Shown piece after piece: positions 35,602 through 47,437 of a stretch of 64,000 nucleotides of DNA. Origin of the DNA: Tubiluchus corallicola (lineage: Eukaryota; Animalia; Priapulida); assembly GCA_030141605.1 (NCBI GenBank), contig JAQGDQ010000237.1, positions 280,871 through 344,870 on the forward strand, given 5' to 3'. The stretch's first letter is position 1. Every line of letters begins with the position of its first letter. The translations under genes were made by a program, and so were the position numbers. The notes under the pieces are model-generated. The model worked only from the letters and a program-made list of their open reading frames with translations. It was not told the DNA's origin and ran no database searches.

Positions 35602-37941
35602 ATGGGCAAAAGTTTCACCAAGACAGAAGAATTAACGCCTCAACAGTTGGAAAGCATGACTGAGAAGACACTTACTGAGCTACATGTAGCAACCCTTGAT
35701 GGAAACTTTGCCAAGGTGAAATCACTGCTAGATGGTGGAGCAGATATTAATTGCAAGGATGAATTTGATGGTACGCCTCTCCATTTTGCTGCTGCTAGAG
35801 GACGCATTGAAATTGCTAATTTACTTCTGGAGAAAGGAGCTCAAATGGAGTGTAGGGACTGCTTTACTGGAAGCACACCTCTGCACACAGCTGCCTACTC
35901 TGGACACTATGATGTCACGAAATTACTGCTCAAAAATGGGGCACAGGTAAATGTGGTAAACAAATTCGGTCACACGGCTGTACATGCTGCACTTTTTTAC
36001 ACAGATGACAGGCAGCGAGCTGATGTTCTTAACTCAATACTGGAATTTGGAGCAATGGGAGGACATCAGGACAAAGCACTTGACCGCATGCCTACTCACA
36101 TTGCAGTTGAAAGAGGTCATATAGGCGTAGTGACCGTACTAATAGAACGCGGAGCAAACTTGGAGGTGAAAGACAAGTTTGGCAGAACTCCTCTTCATGT
36201 TGCAGTTGAATGGGAACATGCTGATATGGTAAATATTTTATTGCAGCATGCTGCAAATGTGATGTCAATAGATGCTGATGGCAACACTGCATTGCACTAT
36301 GTAGGCTTATACTGTCCATTTAATCTTCAGATTGTAAAAGAACTGATCAATCACAGCATTGATGTCAGTGTTGTCAATAATATTAGCAAGACTGCTGTGG
36401 ATATTCTAGTTGAAAGGGGAAACTTCGGAAAACAAACAAGCAAGAACACTAGGACCCTGAGGAAGATAATTGGGTCACTTTATCAACATCAGCATTTTTC
36501 AGAAATAAAAAGTGTACAAAATGATTTTACACAAGACGAAACCTTCAAGCTCAATCAGATTAATGCCCTGGTAAATAAAACAGAAAGAAATATAGCCAGT
36601 TTGTTACCTCTTGGTAAACTGGAGAATTCAGAAGAATGCGACAGAATTAGAGAAGCTGTTGGTTGTTTCATTAATAATGTGTGCGATAAAATAAAGGAGT
36701 TCTCTCCAGATTTCGAGGTTAAGCCTGTTCTAGTTGGTAGCAGTTCATGTGGTGTCAAGTGTTGGATGCCAGACGAATTTGACTACTTCTTTGTGCTAAC
36801 AGGAACAATATTTAACGGACTGTCAGCGGAACCTGCAACTAAACCAGGATATGCAAAAATTAAAGTACATGATCCAGGTAACTCCATGGTCATGTTTACC
36901 TACATGAGCAATGGCTACCTTCAGATCAAATTAAAAGACAAATTTGTTGATCTACTTTGTAATGCTGTGTCTGTGGTTTATAAAGAAGGACATCTAGAAC
37001 TGCAGCCAGTGAAATGTGATGACTGTCTATTAGAGTGGAACAAAGTTTGCACCACTTTCAATCTAGTCTACAAAGGCTCATTCTACAAGCAACTAAAAAT
37101 AACTGTCGATATTTCACCTGCACTAGAAATAGGAGGTAAGCCACCAGGTGTGAATAGTCGGCATTTGGATGTGCGCTACAACATGCTGCCAAAACCCGTC
37201 GATGATCCTGGAATTATGGAAGGTGAAAGAGAGGTTACATGGACTATTAGCAGCAGCTTGACCGAAAGTGAACAAATCAATGCACTTTCCCAGGAATGCA
37301 AAGATGTTATGATACTCACAAAGACACTAATGAAAGAGAAAATCTACAATATTGGCTCCCTCATTACTGACACTGATGTGCAAAATGAGTTAGATGAAAT
37401 TTATAAGGAATATATTGACTTTCTAACGAATTTTCCTGGGATAAACCTGTACAAGCTTTTCTCATTAGTAAAGCAATTTCCCGGGGATATTCTTGATTCA
37501 TACACAATAAAAACGGCCTTCTTGCATGAGAGGGAAATAAACCAGGATTTACACGATTGGAGTAACACTAAAGAACATGTAATAAATATTTTAAGTTACA
37601 TTTCTGAGTGTAGCAAATGTGGTTGTATGCCTCATCATTACCTTACTGACATTAACTTATTTGAGGGTTTTAAGAACAAGTACATAGAAGGGGTCTCAGT
37701 GCTCTACTTAATGGATAAATGTGCAAGTGCCATAAGAGAACATTTACGTGATGGCAACCTTCCAACAACGAAGACTCTTATGGGTTTAGTTGGCATCAGC
37801 ACGTGCAATGTGATGAGTACAGAGACCACTTTCACAGGACGTTGGGGTGTGACTGATGTTAATGTGGACAATGACAGGATCAAAATTGTCATAGATGTCA
37901 TGGAAAAGGCGTGGAGTGATCTAGAAAGTATTAAAAAATAA
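35602..37941 (+). CDS. Ankyrin-repeat + Mab-21/cGAS-like nucleotidyltransferase (cGLR) fusion protein, 779 aa
   Basis: 7 full and 1 partial ankyrin repeats (GTPLHFAA, GSTPLHTAA, GRTPLHVAV, GNTALHY). Then LVGSSSCGVKCWMPDEFDYFFVL (hGS...K....[DE]hD), ITVDISPAL (third acidic residue), W.IS.S..E, SYTIKTAFLHE...W and MPHHYL.DINLF, all characteristic of Mab-21/cGAS. Single coding exon, with UTR acceptor at 35442-35443 and candidate donor at 34469. Confidence 0.9.
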   Translation: MGKSFTKTEELTPQQLESMTEKTLTELHVATLDGNFAKVKSLLDGGADINCKDEFDGTPLHFAAARGRIEIANLLLEKGAQMECRDCFTGSTPLHTAAYSGHYDVTKLLLKNGAQVNVVNKFGHTAVHAALFYTDDRQRADVLNSILEFGAMGGHQDKALDRMPTHIAVERGHIGVVTVLIERGANLEVKDKFGRTPLHVAVEWEHADMVNILLQHAANVMSIDADGNTALHYVGLYCPFNLQIVKELINHSIDVSVVNNISKTAVDILVERGNFGKQTSKNTRTLRKIIGSLYQHQHFSEIKSVQNDFTQDETFKLNQINALVNKTERNIASLLPLGKLENSEECDRIREAVGCFINNVCDKIKEFSPDFEVKPVLVGSSSCGVKCWMPDEFDYFFVLTGTIFNGLSAEPATKPGYAKIKVHDPGNSMVMFTYMSNGYLQIKLKDKFVDLLCNAVSVVYKEGHLELQPVKCDDCLLEWNKVCTTFNLVYKGSFYKQLKITVDISPALEIGGKPPGVNSRHLDVRYNMLPKPVDDPGIMEGEREVTWTISSSLTESEQINALSQECKDVMILTKTLMKEKIYNIGSLITDTDVQNELDEIYKEYIDFLTNFPGINLYKLFSLVKQFPGDILDSYTIKTAFLHEREINQDLHDWSNTKEHVINILSYISECSKCGCMPHHYLTDINLFEGFKNKYIEGVSVLYLMDKCASAIREHLRDGNLPTTKTLMGLVGISTCNVMSTETTFTGRWGVTDVNVDNDRIKIVIDVMEKAWSDLESIKK

Positions 37942-39559
37942 TAAAGAAGGTGATGACATTCCATGATGCTCAATAACAAAAGAACGAACTCAGGTTGTAC
38001 TTCAGCTTTTATTATCAATATGTTTTTCTTGATCTGTAAACAATTTTTGCCTGATATGTGCATTGTCTGTGATATCTGCTGTGATATCAAAAGATCACTG
38101 ATACTTTTGTAAAATCTGTTCGTGATAGCCAAAAGTGTGACTAATCCAAATAGTCTAGCAATGAAATCAGCCTGAAAGTTGATAGAATGGATCAGCAGTG
38201 TTTTTAAAAACAGTGTAGCTGATTAAGAGAAGTGCCACAGCATCTTAACAGGGATAACAGTGACCTACAACAACAAAAATACGTGTTCTATTTCAGATGT
38301 AACAATGCTGTATACAACTTTCCTAGCTGTATTATCAATGTCAGAAGAGCTTATTGAAAATCACTGCACCAATTTATATTATTACCTTTTATGCAGTAAT
38401 TTGCATAAATGTTTCAGAAAGATAAAAAATTGACTGCAGCAAAGTCATCCAGCTACTATTTCCCTAGCAGTATGATTGCTTGACTAGTCGTAACTGAATG
38501 GGTGACTGTATGGTCTTTCATCACCTCTGCTCATATTTTATGTATGATGTGCACTAACATCTTAACTACTGTATTAAATTTATGAAGCTAAACAAATATA
38601 CTATTACTACACATTTAACTGTACACTCAAAAGTGCTTTATTTCAATATTGTTATGTCATCTATTAATGCTCAAAATGATACTCATTAGTAATTATTATA
38701 TTATTTATTCATACATATTCGTACATTAATACAATACATTACACAGAGTATTATAGAATGCAAAAAACAAAACAATAAAGAGACAGAAGTGACAACCTAT
38801 TGTGGAAGCAAGTTAATATGTGCGCCAAAAGAATATTTAATGGTTTTTCACAACCCACAGTCAAGCTAGTAATAATTATGGAGCCAGGTTAGGAAATAGC
38901 AATTCAAAGATTAGCATGTTAAGTATTTGTGGAATAGTAAATGCACTTTGCTACAATTGAAAAATTAACAGCACGTTTACTCGTCACACAAAAACAGATG
39001 ATAACACCCTCGAAAAGGCATCGCTTAAAGGAAAAGATCTATATAACTACGTACAAAATTACTGAGTCGTCCAGAAAAACTTCCTGCCAAACCAGTTCAT
39101 AGCCCTTTATGCAGAGGCATTTGTAAAGGAGACCCACATTATCGTGTAGCCTGGCTTCATTTCTGTCCGAAGAATTGTGAATTTTCCTCTAAGATCCCCA
39201 CCAAGCGTCTTTCCACTAGGAACTGCAGTGACGGACCTCCGAATGGTCGTTTTGCTCATTGCCGAAACACAGTGTAGAAAAGAGGTTCTTACCGGCGCTT
39301 GGCGGAGCCTTGGAGGGAAGTTTTAACCCTTTGGAAAGAGAAAAAACTGGACTACATCATGATGTTGATCTATTTAACAAGTGATTTAACAAGATGAAGG
39401 GTTACAAGTTACTTTGGGGAACGTTTTCCTTTCTGAACGATCTTGTATGTACATATAGCATCTGTTGTTTCCCCTTTACTGCTTTGACGTCACGAAATAA
39501 TCAGGTGACGCCAAACCAAATGCCGCCTGACGTTGCTTCTTTGTTACCAAGTTGCTACC

Positions 39560-40214
39560 ATGAAATGGCAGACAATAGTGGGGAGAATTTTTCTCCTACT
39601 AATAAAAATAAAAATGGCACTATGTGTAACGCCTGATATTGTTTATCTGAGACCTCGAACGTGCGAATATAGTTGTAAATGTCCACAGTTTACGTTGAAA
39701 TGTAATCCAGATAAGCCAAATGAAAATTGCTATTATGAATGCTTAGGGATTTATAACAGGACGGACGTGGAGTGGATGAATAAAAAGACTTTGAAATTGA
39801 TGCCCACGTTTCGACCATTAGGCGGATTCAGAAGTCTTGTGCTTCTTGGAAGTTACGAAGAAAAGGAGCTGCCCGATGATTTCCTTGCTGGAGTCATCAC
39901 GCAAGATTTGATGATCAAGGACCTCCACGTGCTCCAGCGCATCAACGAAAAGACCATTAGGGCTGAAGTTACAGCTCAGGTCATTCTATATGAACTGTCT
40001 GATCTAAAAACCATTGACTCCAGAGCATTCAAATCGTTGGAGAAAATGACCGGTTTGAGGATACAGTACTGTCCTAATTTGATATCAGGCGATTTCGACT
40101 TCTCAAATGCTCCAAATATGAAAAGTATTCATATTCTGAGTACGTCTATAGAAAAGATTCCTCTGCCAAAACTGGTCGATAAAAATGCCCAAATGGATTT
40201 TCTGGAACTAAGAC
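39560..40214 (+). CDS. Secreted leucine-rich-repeat protein, exon 1
   Basis: MKWQTIVGRIFLLLIKIKMALC signal-like peptide, Cys-rich N-cap, degenerate LRRs (LKTIDSRAFKSLEKMTGLRIQYCPNL; FSNAPNMKSIHILSTSIEKIP). Donor c|GTATGT at 40215. Confidence 0.75.
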
Positions 40215-40436
40215 GTATGTAAAGGAGTTTCATATCGCGATGTGTAGTTTTAAAATTTCCTGCACAGTGTGGAATCGTTAGGACAACAGATTGTAGTTTT
40301 GTTCATCCGAATTCAAATCTCACGAGTACCTGTATCGACTCAAATGTTGTATGTTACCATTTAAAACAGTCTCTTGTCTTTCTGAGCATGCATTTTTACG
40401 TTTAAGCCGTTGATGCACGAAAATGCACAATAAATA

Positions 40437-40986
40437 TTAACCCTTTCAGTCCCAAATTATACTTTACTAAACAAAAAGCTAAGTACTGGACTTGCAAAGA
40501 GGTTTTTGCAAATCATTGCATTATTGAGTGTAACAAGAAAAGTTTTTGCACATCCAGTGCATTCCTGTGTCTATTATTATGAAAGTGAATTACAACCGTT
40601 TGTTGTCTATTTATCCTGTGGGATGCACAACATTCTTTGTCATGTGCAAAAAAACAAAGTCCGACTTTTTTAAAAACACAACAAAAGCAAAAAATGTGCT
40701 TCATTTTGCAACTGCTGATAATTTTTTAAAGTATTTAAGGCATTTAGTATGCATGCTATGCTGATCTGTACAAAGTCATCTCTAAAGTACTGTACCTTGC
40801 GCAGTTTTTTATGCTACGTAGATTTTCTAGTTTGCCATTTTATCACCATTTTTAGTCCATTGTTATTGGCTTAAATCAAAATAACTATTAACAGATCAAG
40901 TAACTGTCAGTTTTAAAATTTTATTAATTTTAAAGGCAGAAAATATTCTCGTATCCCACAGGATACAACGGGTATGAAAGGGTTAA
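40437..40986. mobile_element. piggyBac-like non-autonomous element (MITE) inside the LRR gene intron
   Basis: TTAA (40437-40440) + CCCTTTCAgtCCC ... GGGtaTGAAAGGG + TTAA (40983-40986): TTAA target duplication and CCC-starting imperfect 13-bp TIRs, 542-bp body, no transposase. Confidence 0.75.
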
Positions 40987-41515
40987 CTGAATACCGAACT
41001 TTCTATATAAATGCAAATTCATATTATCAGTAAGCATAACAGTAGATGGTATGAAAAGAAAACGAAAATGCGCATATCATGCACGGGCGTCATTTAGTTA
41101 CTATCATGCTACACGTAGTTATAAGGCAAAAATTTGTTTCAAAATAACAAAACACTAAACTGTTTTGAGAAGAAAGAACAAATAAAAACAGAGAAAAAAG
41201 AAGAGAGAAAATGATGAGTGGCATGTTGAGACCCAGTTTCTGGGTCTTGCCATTTAAAGTTCATCCTAAAACGAGATAAAAGTGTAAAGTTCCATAAACG
41301 AAATTAGTTCAAATCAATGTCGTGAATGGGTACGTTCATAACAAAAAGTTTTTTGTTCTGCTACTTTCCCCGCAATGCTGTACTGTTGATGAGGAACTAT
41401 TAAAATTTCTGAAAAATGGAACGATTCTTATAGATGTTTTACCGTTCTTGCTTTACACTCTGTCTAGTACTTTGCCCATGAAACCGTCTTACTTTACCTT
41501 TCCTATATTTTCCAG

Positions 41516-41769
41516 ATAATCCTTTAACCTGTGATTGTAACATGTCTTGGATTAAACTGCTAAGATGGAGGCTATCTTATGTCGACTGTAAAGAACCAGA
41601 TAGAAAATATGATAGAAACGAAATTAAGCGAAGTGACTTTGCTGACTGTCCTGAATTTGTGCTGAGCAAAGCTGCAATGCATCAAAGCAGAACAAATCTA
41701 ATCTGTGCGCAGCTAATTGGTTTAAGATGTATTTGTTTTATTTACTATTACTTGACGAAAATCCAATAA
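41516..41769 (+). CDS. Secreted LRR protein, exon 2 (LRR C-terminal cap and hydrophobic tail, spliced protein about 302 aa)
   Basis: Polypyrimidine tract + AG at 41514-41515. The phase-1 join gives LELRHNPLTCDCNMSWIK...C..P...C, the canonical LRRCT. Confidence 0.8.
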
Positions 41770-42234
41770 AATTTAAAGCGATTGAAATAAAAAAAAGTTT
41801 ATTAATTCCTTACGAAATGAATTCCTGAAAATAAACTAAATAAAAGAAATAATAAAAAGGGTTATAATAAAGATTAAGATTAAGATTGTTTATTTATCTC
41901 CTTTAAGTTTTCCAGTACAAGAAAGACATAATAATAATTTTGACAATTTACAAATTGACAAGTATTTGTTAGCAGCTACTTGGTGATAAAAAGAAAAGTT
42001 AATTGTATGGAGAACAGGTGGCGAAAGACCTTACGGTTTACTAAGTCAGCTACTCCTATTTACAGATTTAATACCTTTTGTACATGGCTGGATTTGAGTT
42101 CATTTATAACACCACTGATTTTAGAAATTCCTTCGATGAAGTTCATTTCAGCGTAATAAAGAAAAATAATGCAAAAATTATCCATATTATAAGGGACAAC
42201 TAATTAAGGCAAAAACAAAATAAAATTATATAAC

Positions 42235-42266
42235 ATAATAATAATAATCATAATAATAATAATAAC

Positions 42267-42306
<40 letters not shown>
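42235..42306. repeat. (ATA)n microsatellite
   Basis: Directly visible. Confidence 0.9.
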
Positions 42307-42307
<1 letters not shown>

Positions 42308-43790
42308 CATAACATTTGAGAAACAGTATGTTGTATACAATAATTGTAAAAGTAAATGTACATGCATAAAATTTAAATTTGTACAACGTACAATGATAAA
42401 GCAAAAATAATGACAAAGTAAGGGCCTATCAAAAGGCCTAATTTGATCTATTTGATCACCTAATTGGTCTACCATCCAGTTTATTATTTGGCTGAAATTT
42501 AAGGCTTATTAAATGAAACCCTGGTTTACGCAATACCTAATAGACCGAGTTGTTAGTTTACCTGTTGTATGCACGAGTTGCACATAGTGCTTTGTTGCTT
42601 GCTGCCGATATTTCGTAGTACTAACAGACAGTCAATAGTGTTCACATGCTATCCTATTCATGTTTAATATTACAACAGGAAAGTGGCACCATCTACTGAC
42701 AGTTATAATAAGTTGAAATTTTAAATAAAAACAACGAAAACGACGACGGCGACCACAATAACAAGAACTGTGACAACAATTTTTTAATTCAAAAAATAAC
42801 AACGATAACAACAACAGCAAAACAGGAGTAAGCAAATTTACAGACGACGAAATAAGGCCTTACTACAAAAACCTTACTATACCTTAAATTAATTAAATTT
42901 TAAATTAATTCCTAAAAAATGTAAGCTTAGTTATAAGGTTTTTTATCGTTACTAAATTCTTTCTAGTTTGCCAATTTCATTTTGCCATCGATTTCAAGAA
43001 CTAATAATGTTAATTATAAAAGTTATTTTCTTGCATAGATTATTCGATGATGTGGCTATACTCAGAATTGCAAAAAATCATCTACTCCCTATGAATTATG
43101 AGGGCTTATTGGGCAAGAAAGAGAGCTAAGCAACTACAGTGTAACAGCACGCAGCTGCAAAAGAAACCAACTAGATTACGTTAAATGGCTCTATATTATT
43201 AGATTTCAAACTTCACTTCAAACCAATGTACTAGTACAAATGACCTAGTACAGCCCGCGCCTGTCGTGGTGTAGGTCTTACTTCTTAGCATATGGCACTA
43301 ACACGCGTTTAAACTAAGTGGACGTCTTGAATTCAAGATGGTAGCGGTAACGTCATTTTCGAAACCACCTAAGGTTCCACCGATTCGCAATGAATCGTCA
43401 TAAAATTTTGTTGGAACATTCTACATTGTATTCTACATCAATTAACAGAGTCGGATTTTCGATTCACCTTCGCGAATTCAACATCACTGACGTAATTTTC
43501 TAAAAAAAACTAGTAATTTAAACTTAAGCCTAAACTTACGACGAATATACAAAAACAAATTTCGCATCTATTGACAGAGCTAGACTTGTGATCCACAATT
43601 TTCAGTTCAGTGAGTCCCTCGACCAACAGTTCGAGTCGGACTTGTTATAAATATAGAACGTCTACTAATTTACTCACAGCAGTGTAAAGCTTATCTGTAT
43701 ATATTGTGTTGCGAAGTAACACATAATAACATTGCTAAGCAGTCAGGCTTATTCCCGTTCAATTGTTTTTGAATGGCTTACTCAAGTGGC

Positions 43791-44051
<261 letters not shown>

Positions 44052-44899
44052 TTTTCATTTTCTGACAGAAGGGAAGTCAACCAGAGACTTGGTTACATAC
44101 TGACACTGACAAATATGCAGTTGTATTCAAGGTGATATTAATATAAGAAAACAATATATTCTTATGTAGGCCACACGATCACAATTTATGCTCACCTAGA
44201 AACTTTACCGTAGGATACTTATATGTTTCATCTTCATACCCTAGTTTTCTTCAAACTAGACCCAATTAAGGTATCATCCGATACACACATAATTTTGCTA
44301 TTAAAGCGCTATAAATTTTATGCATAATTATTCAGATCAGTCAATCAAATTTCCTCACGTATTAATCAACCTACGACTGACACAACTTCACAGTATAATA
44401 TCACCACATTAAAACACACGTCGGCCATTTACCTGCAATATATCATCACTTAAATGTCAAAAATTTAATTACTTTATTTTCAAGTCACCGGTTGCTGTTC
44501 TATTTTCCATGTCGTCCTCAAATCAAAAACTGCGATTTTCCACCTGATTTTTCGGTTTATTAAAGCTTTCAATTATTTCAGGTGATTTTAATAACTATAT
44601 TAGATTGAAGATTACACATTACATACTCCTGTAGTTGCTCGCATTCCATGTCGTTACTAACCGTTATAATTTGACTAACAAAGGGCGTTTCTAAAAAGTC
44701 ATGCTAAGAAAATTATTACTTCCATGACGTTGTTATGTGTAAAATTTTACCATATCTTTTGGCTGTTTGCTTGACAAGCTGGTCCCCCTGCAGTCAGGCT
44801 AGTTGACTGGTGAGTTAGTTGGTTGGCTGGCTAACTAGCTGGTTTACTCTCTGACAAACTATACATAATTTGTTACATTATATTTTTTATCATCAAGTT

Positions 44900-44984
44900 C
44901 TAACTGACTAACTTACTGATACTGACTGACTGACTGACTGACTAACTAACTGACTGACTGAGTGAATGACTGACTACCGACTGA
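44900..44984. repeat. Degenerate (ACTG)n microsatellite
   Basis: Directly visible. Confidence 0.85.
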
Positions 44985-45557
44985 TTTTAGATTTAATATT
45001 TTATTTCAAACTTCTCAAAGTTCATATACACATCACAAATTAATACTACTGAATGACTGACTAATTGATTGACTGAAGGAACAAACCAGATGGCCAAATG
45101 ACTGACTGACCAATTGGGTGATGAACCCGCTAAATGGTCGACCACTGTTAGGCACATGTGATTACAGTAGATAGGCAGCTAACTGACCAAGTGGCAAACT
45201 GATAGACGGACTGACTGTGAAAGTTACAGTTAACTACAGGTAGGCTAATGTTAATTTATCGCCTCACTAATATGCATTTGCAAAATATTCAAAACCAAAA
45301 AGTTAACTTTGAAACTTGTACGTTGACCTGTTTACAAGTTTGTCCATCTGAATAATAAACTGTGTAAGTGGAGTCAAAGGTTTTTTAAAAGTAGAAAATT
45401 GTATCATTACTTAAACAAAAACCTCTATTCAACACCCTCCGACAACGCACTGAATCCTCCCCTTTATCGTTAGACTTGCCAACGAAAGTAACAGTTATAA
45501 TTAGTATTCATTAAAGTCGATACTAAATTAGGTGAAAGGGGTAATAATTTTGGATGG

Positions 45558-45654
45558 TATAAAAGTGGCCCACCAGAGAATCAAGTTGCCAGTTGCTTTA
45601 CACGACAGAACAGTTCAGTGTCTGTGAACTTATTTTCAGCGTTATCTGCAATAG
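45558..45654 (+). promoter_or_regulatory. TATA box, initiator-like site and non-coding first exon, probably of the Asn-Gly-rich gene
   Basis: TATAAAAG at 45558, Inr-like ccAGTT about 33 nt downstream, strong donor ag|GTGAGT at 45655. The next strong acceptor is ttttacAG at 48277-48278, just before the ATG at 48280. Confidence 0.55.
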
Positions 45655-47219
45655 GTGAGTTAAAGTCAGTACATTTCTACTTCAGTCAATGTTATATCAA
45701 TAGCTTGAGGATATGTCATAAAAATGTTGCTATTGTGTACTAACAAGGTTCAAACCCTCGTGAAGTAGGTTAGCAGTATTTCAAGATCAAAAGGTTTATG
45801 CTTAATTGTTTACTATCAGATTCAAAAAATAATGTTACTACTATGTTACAGTCGTTACAACTACAGTTATGCATTAAGTAGAGCGAGATTGAGAAAGGTA
45901 TGTAACTTTTTTTTAATAGCGGGTGTGCGAAAGGATGGGACAAGTTGGTTATGATGTGTTTGATGTTGATGTTAAGCTGGCAAAATAGAACGAGTGATAA
46001 TGAAGCTAATGAAAGATGAAAGTGTTGGGGGTCACGGGAATGCAAGAGTATAAATAATTTATCCTGTAAGGTAGAATTCAGAGTTTTTAAAGAATCTCTG
46101 AATTCATTCATTTTCGCCTGTTCTCGTGACGAATGTAAGATTGAAACTGGGAAATAGCTGAGTAATCACTCTGTGTGCTGTGTGTAACTGGGTGGATGAC
46201 TACGGAGAGAAATGCTTCTACACTGTTTCATCTATTTGGGCTATTCTCTCTGTGAATGAGGATGTACATTACAGTATGCGCATCCGGAATGTGGTTAAGA
46301 GGATCGTTTAAGAGCATTTGAATTAATTATACAACAACCATTAATATGATAAATTGACCCTGAGTTGACAGCAGTGTACTAAACTTGGATAAAACAGGTG
46401 AAAAAAGAAATAAAGAGGTAATATTATGTAGCAAAGTTATTAACAAGTGATTAACAAACTTGGTATTGAGTATTGGTATGTCTTGTCTTAGGATCTTTTA
46501 TTATATGGCAAAAAGACAGCAATTAATTCTGAAATTTGTGTTTGTAAAGCGAAAAACACAGGGCCAAATTGCAATCTAAACCTCCAAGCACATTATCATT
46601 GGCTCAAATGAGTGTAAATTGATGAACGAAGAACGCAAAAGGTCACGTTTTTGGTGAGAACGTGAATAATGTCATAGTACTGAGCCTGTAAACGATACAT
46701 TATGCAGCAAGTTTCACGCCTTCACTTCTTTTGCTTGAAGTTACGTTGTAATAAAATCCGATAAAAATAAATCTTTGTCATGTGATTGAAATGTTGTGCT
46801 CTTATAATGCAATTTGGGGGTTGGGTATTCGTAAAGCCCTCGGTACAGGAGCATAGCTTCTCCGACAAGAATGAGGTCAACGGACAAACTGAATCTTTTT
46901 GAAAAATACTTACCTATAAATTGAAAACAAAAAGAGTAGCTAATAGTTTTTATAAATAGATGTATTTTTAATGTACATTATCATTAATATATTATCTTTA
47001 CTGTTCTCTATTAGTCATCATTTCAAATTTATTCACTACAAAAAATTACTTCTATTTACTTTTATACACCTTTTAGTATCCAAAGTTTTGTCTTGATTAA
47101 AAGTTTTTTGGTGCATTGTATATTTATTTAGTAGATGTATTTTAAACTGAAATAGTGTAAATCAGCTTGTTTAATGTTCAGCCATGAATAATGTTAACTT
47201 TTTATGAGAATAGAAGACC

Positions 47220-47354
47220 TTTGCTTACTTGCTTGCTTGTTTGCTTACTTGTTTAATTTGCTTACATACTTACTTGCTTGCTTAATTTACTTACTTACTT
47301 ACTCGCTTGCTTGCTTAGTTTGCTTACTTGCTTGCTTACTTACTTGCTTGCTTG

Positions 47355-47437
<83 letters not shown>

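Noticed and set aside
35602-37941. Bacterial CD-NTase/CBASS or horizontally acquired endosymbiont ankyrin gene
   Set aside because: The C-terminal motifs (SY..KT, PHHY...NLF) are of the animal Mab-21/cGLR type, there is a spliced 5' UTR, and no operon-like effector genes are adjacent.
39560-41769. Homology to agnathan variable lymphocyte receptors
   Set aside because: Only the generic LRR-LRRCT-tail layout is shared. No flanking LRR cassettes or VLR-specific sequence are visible.
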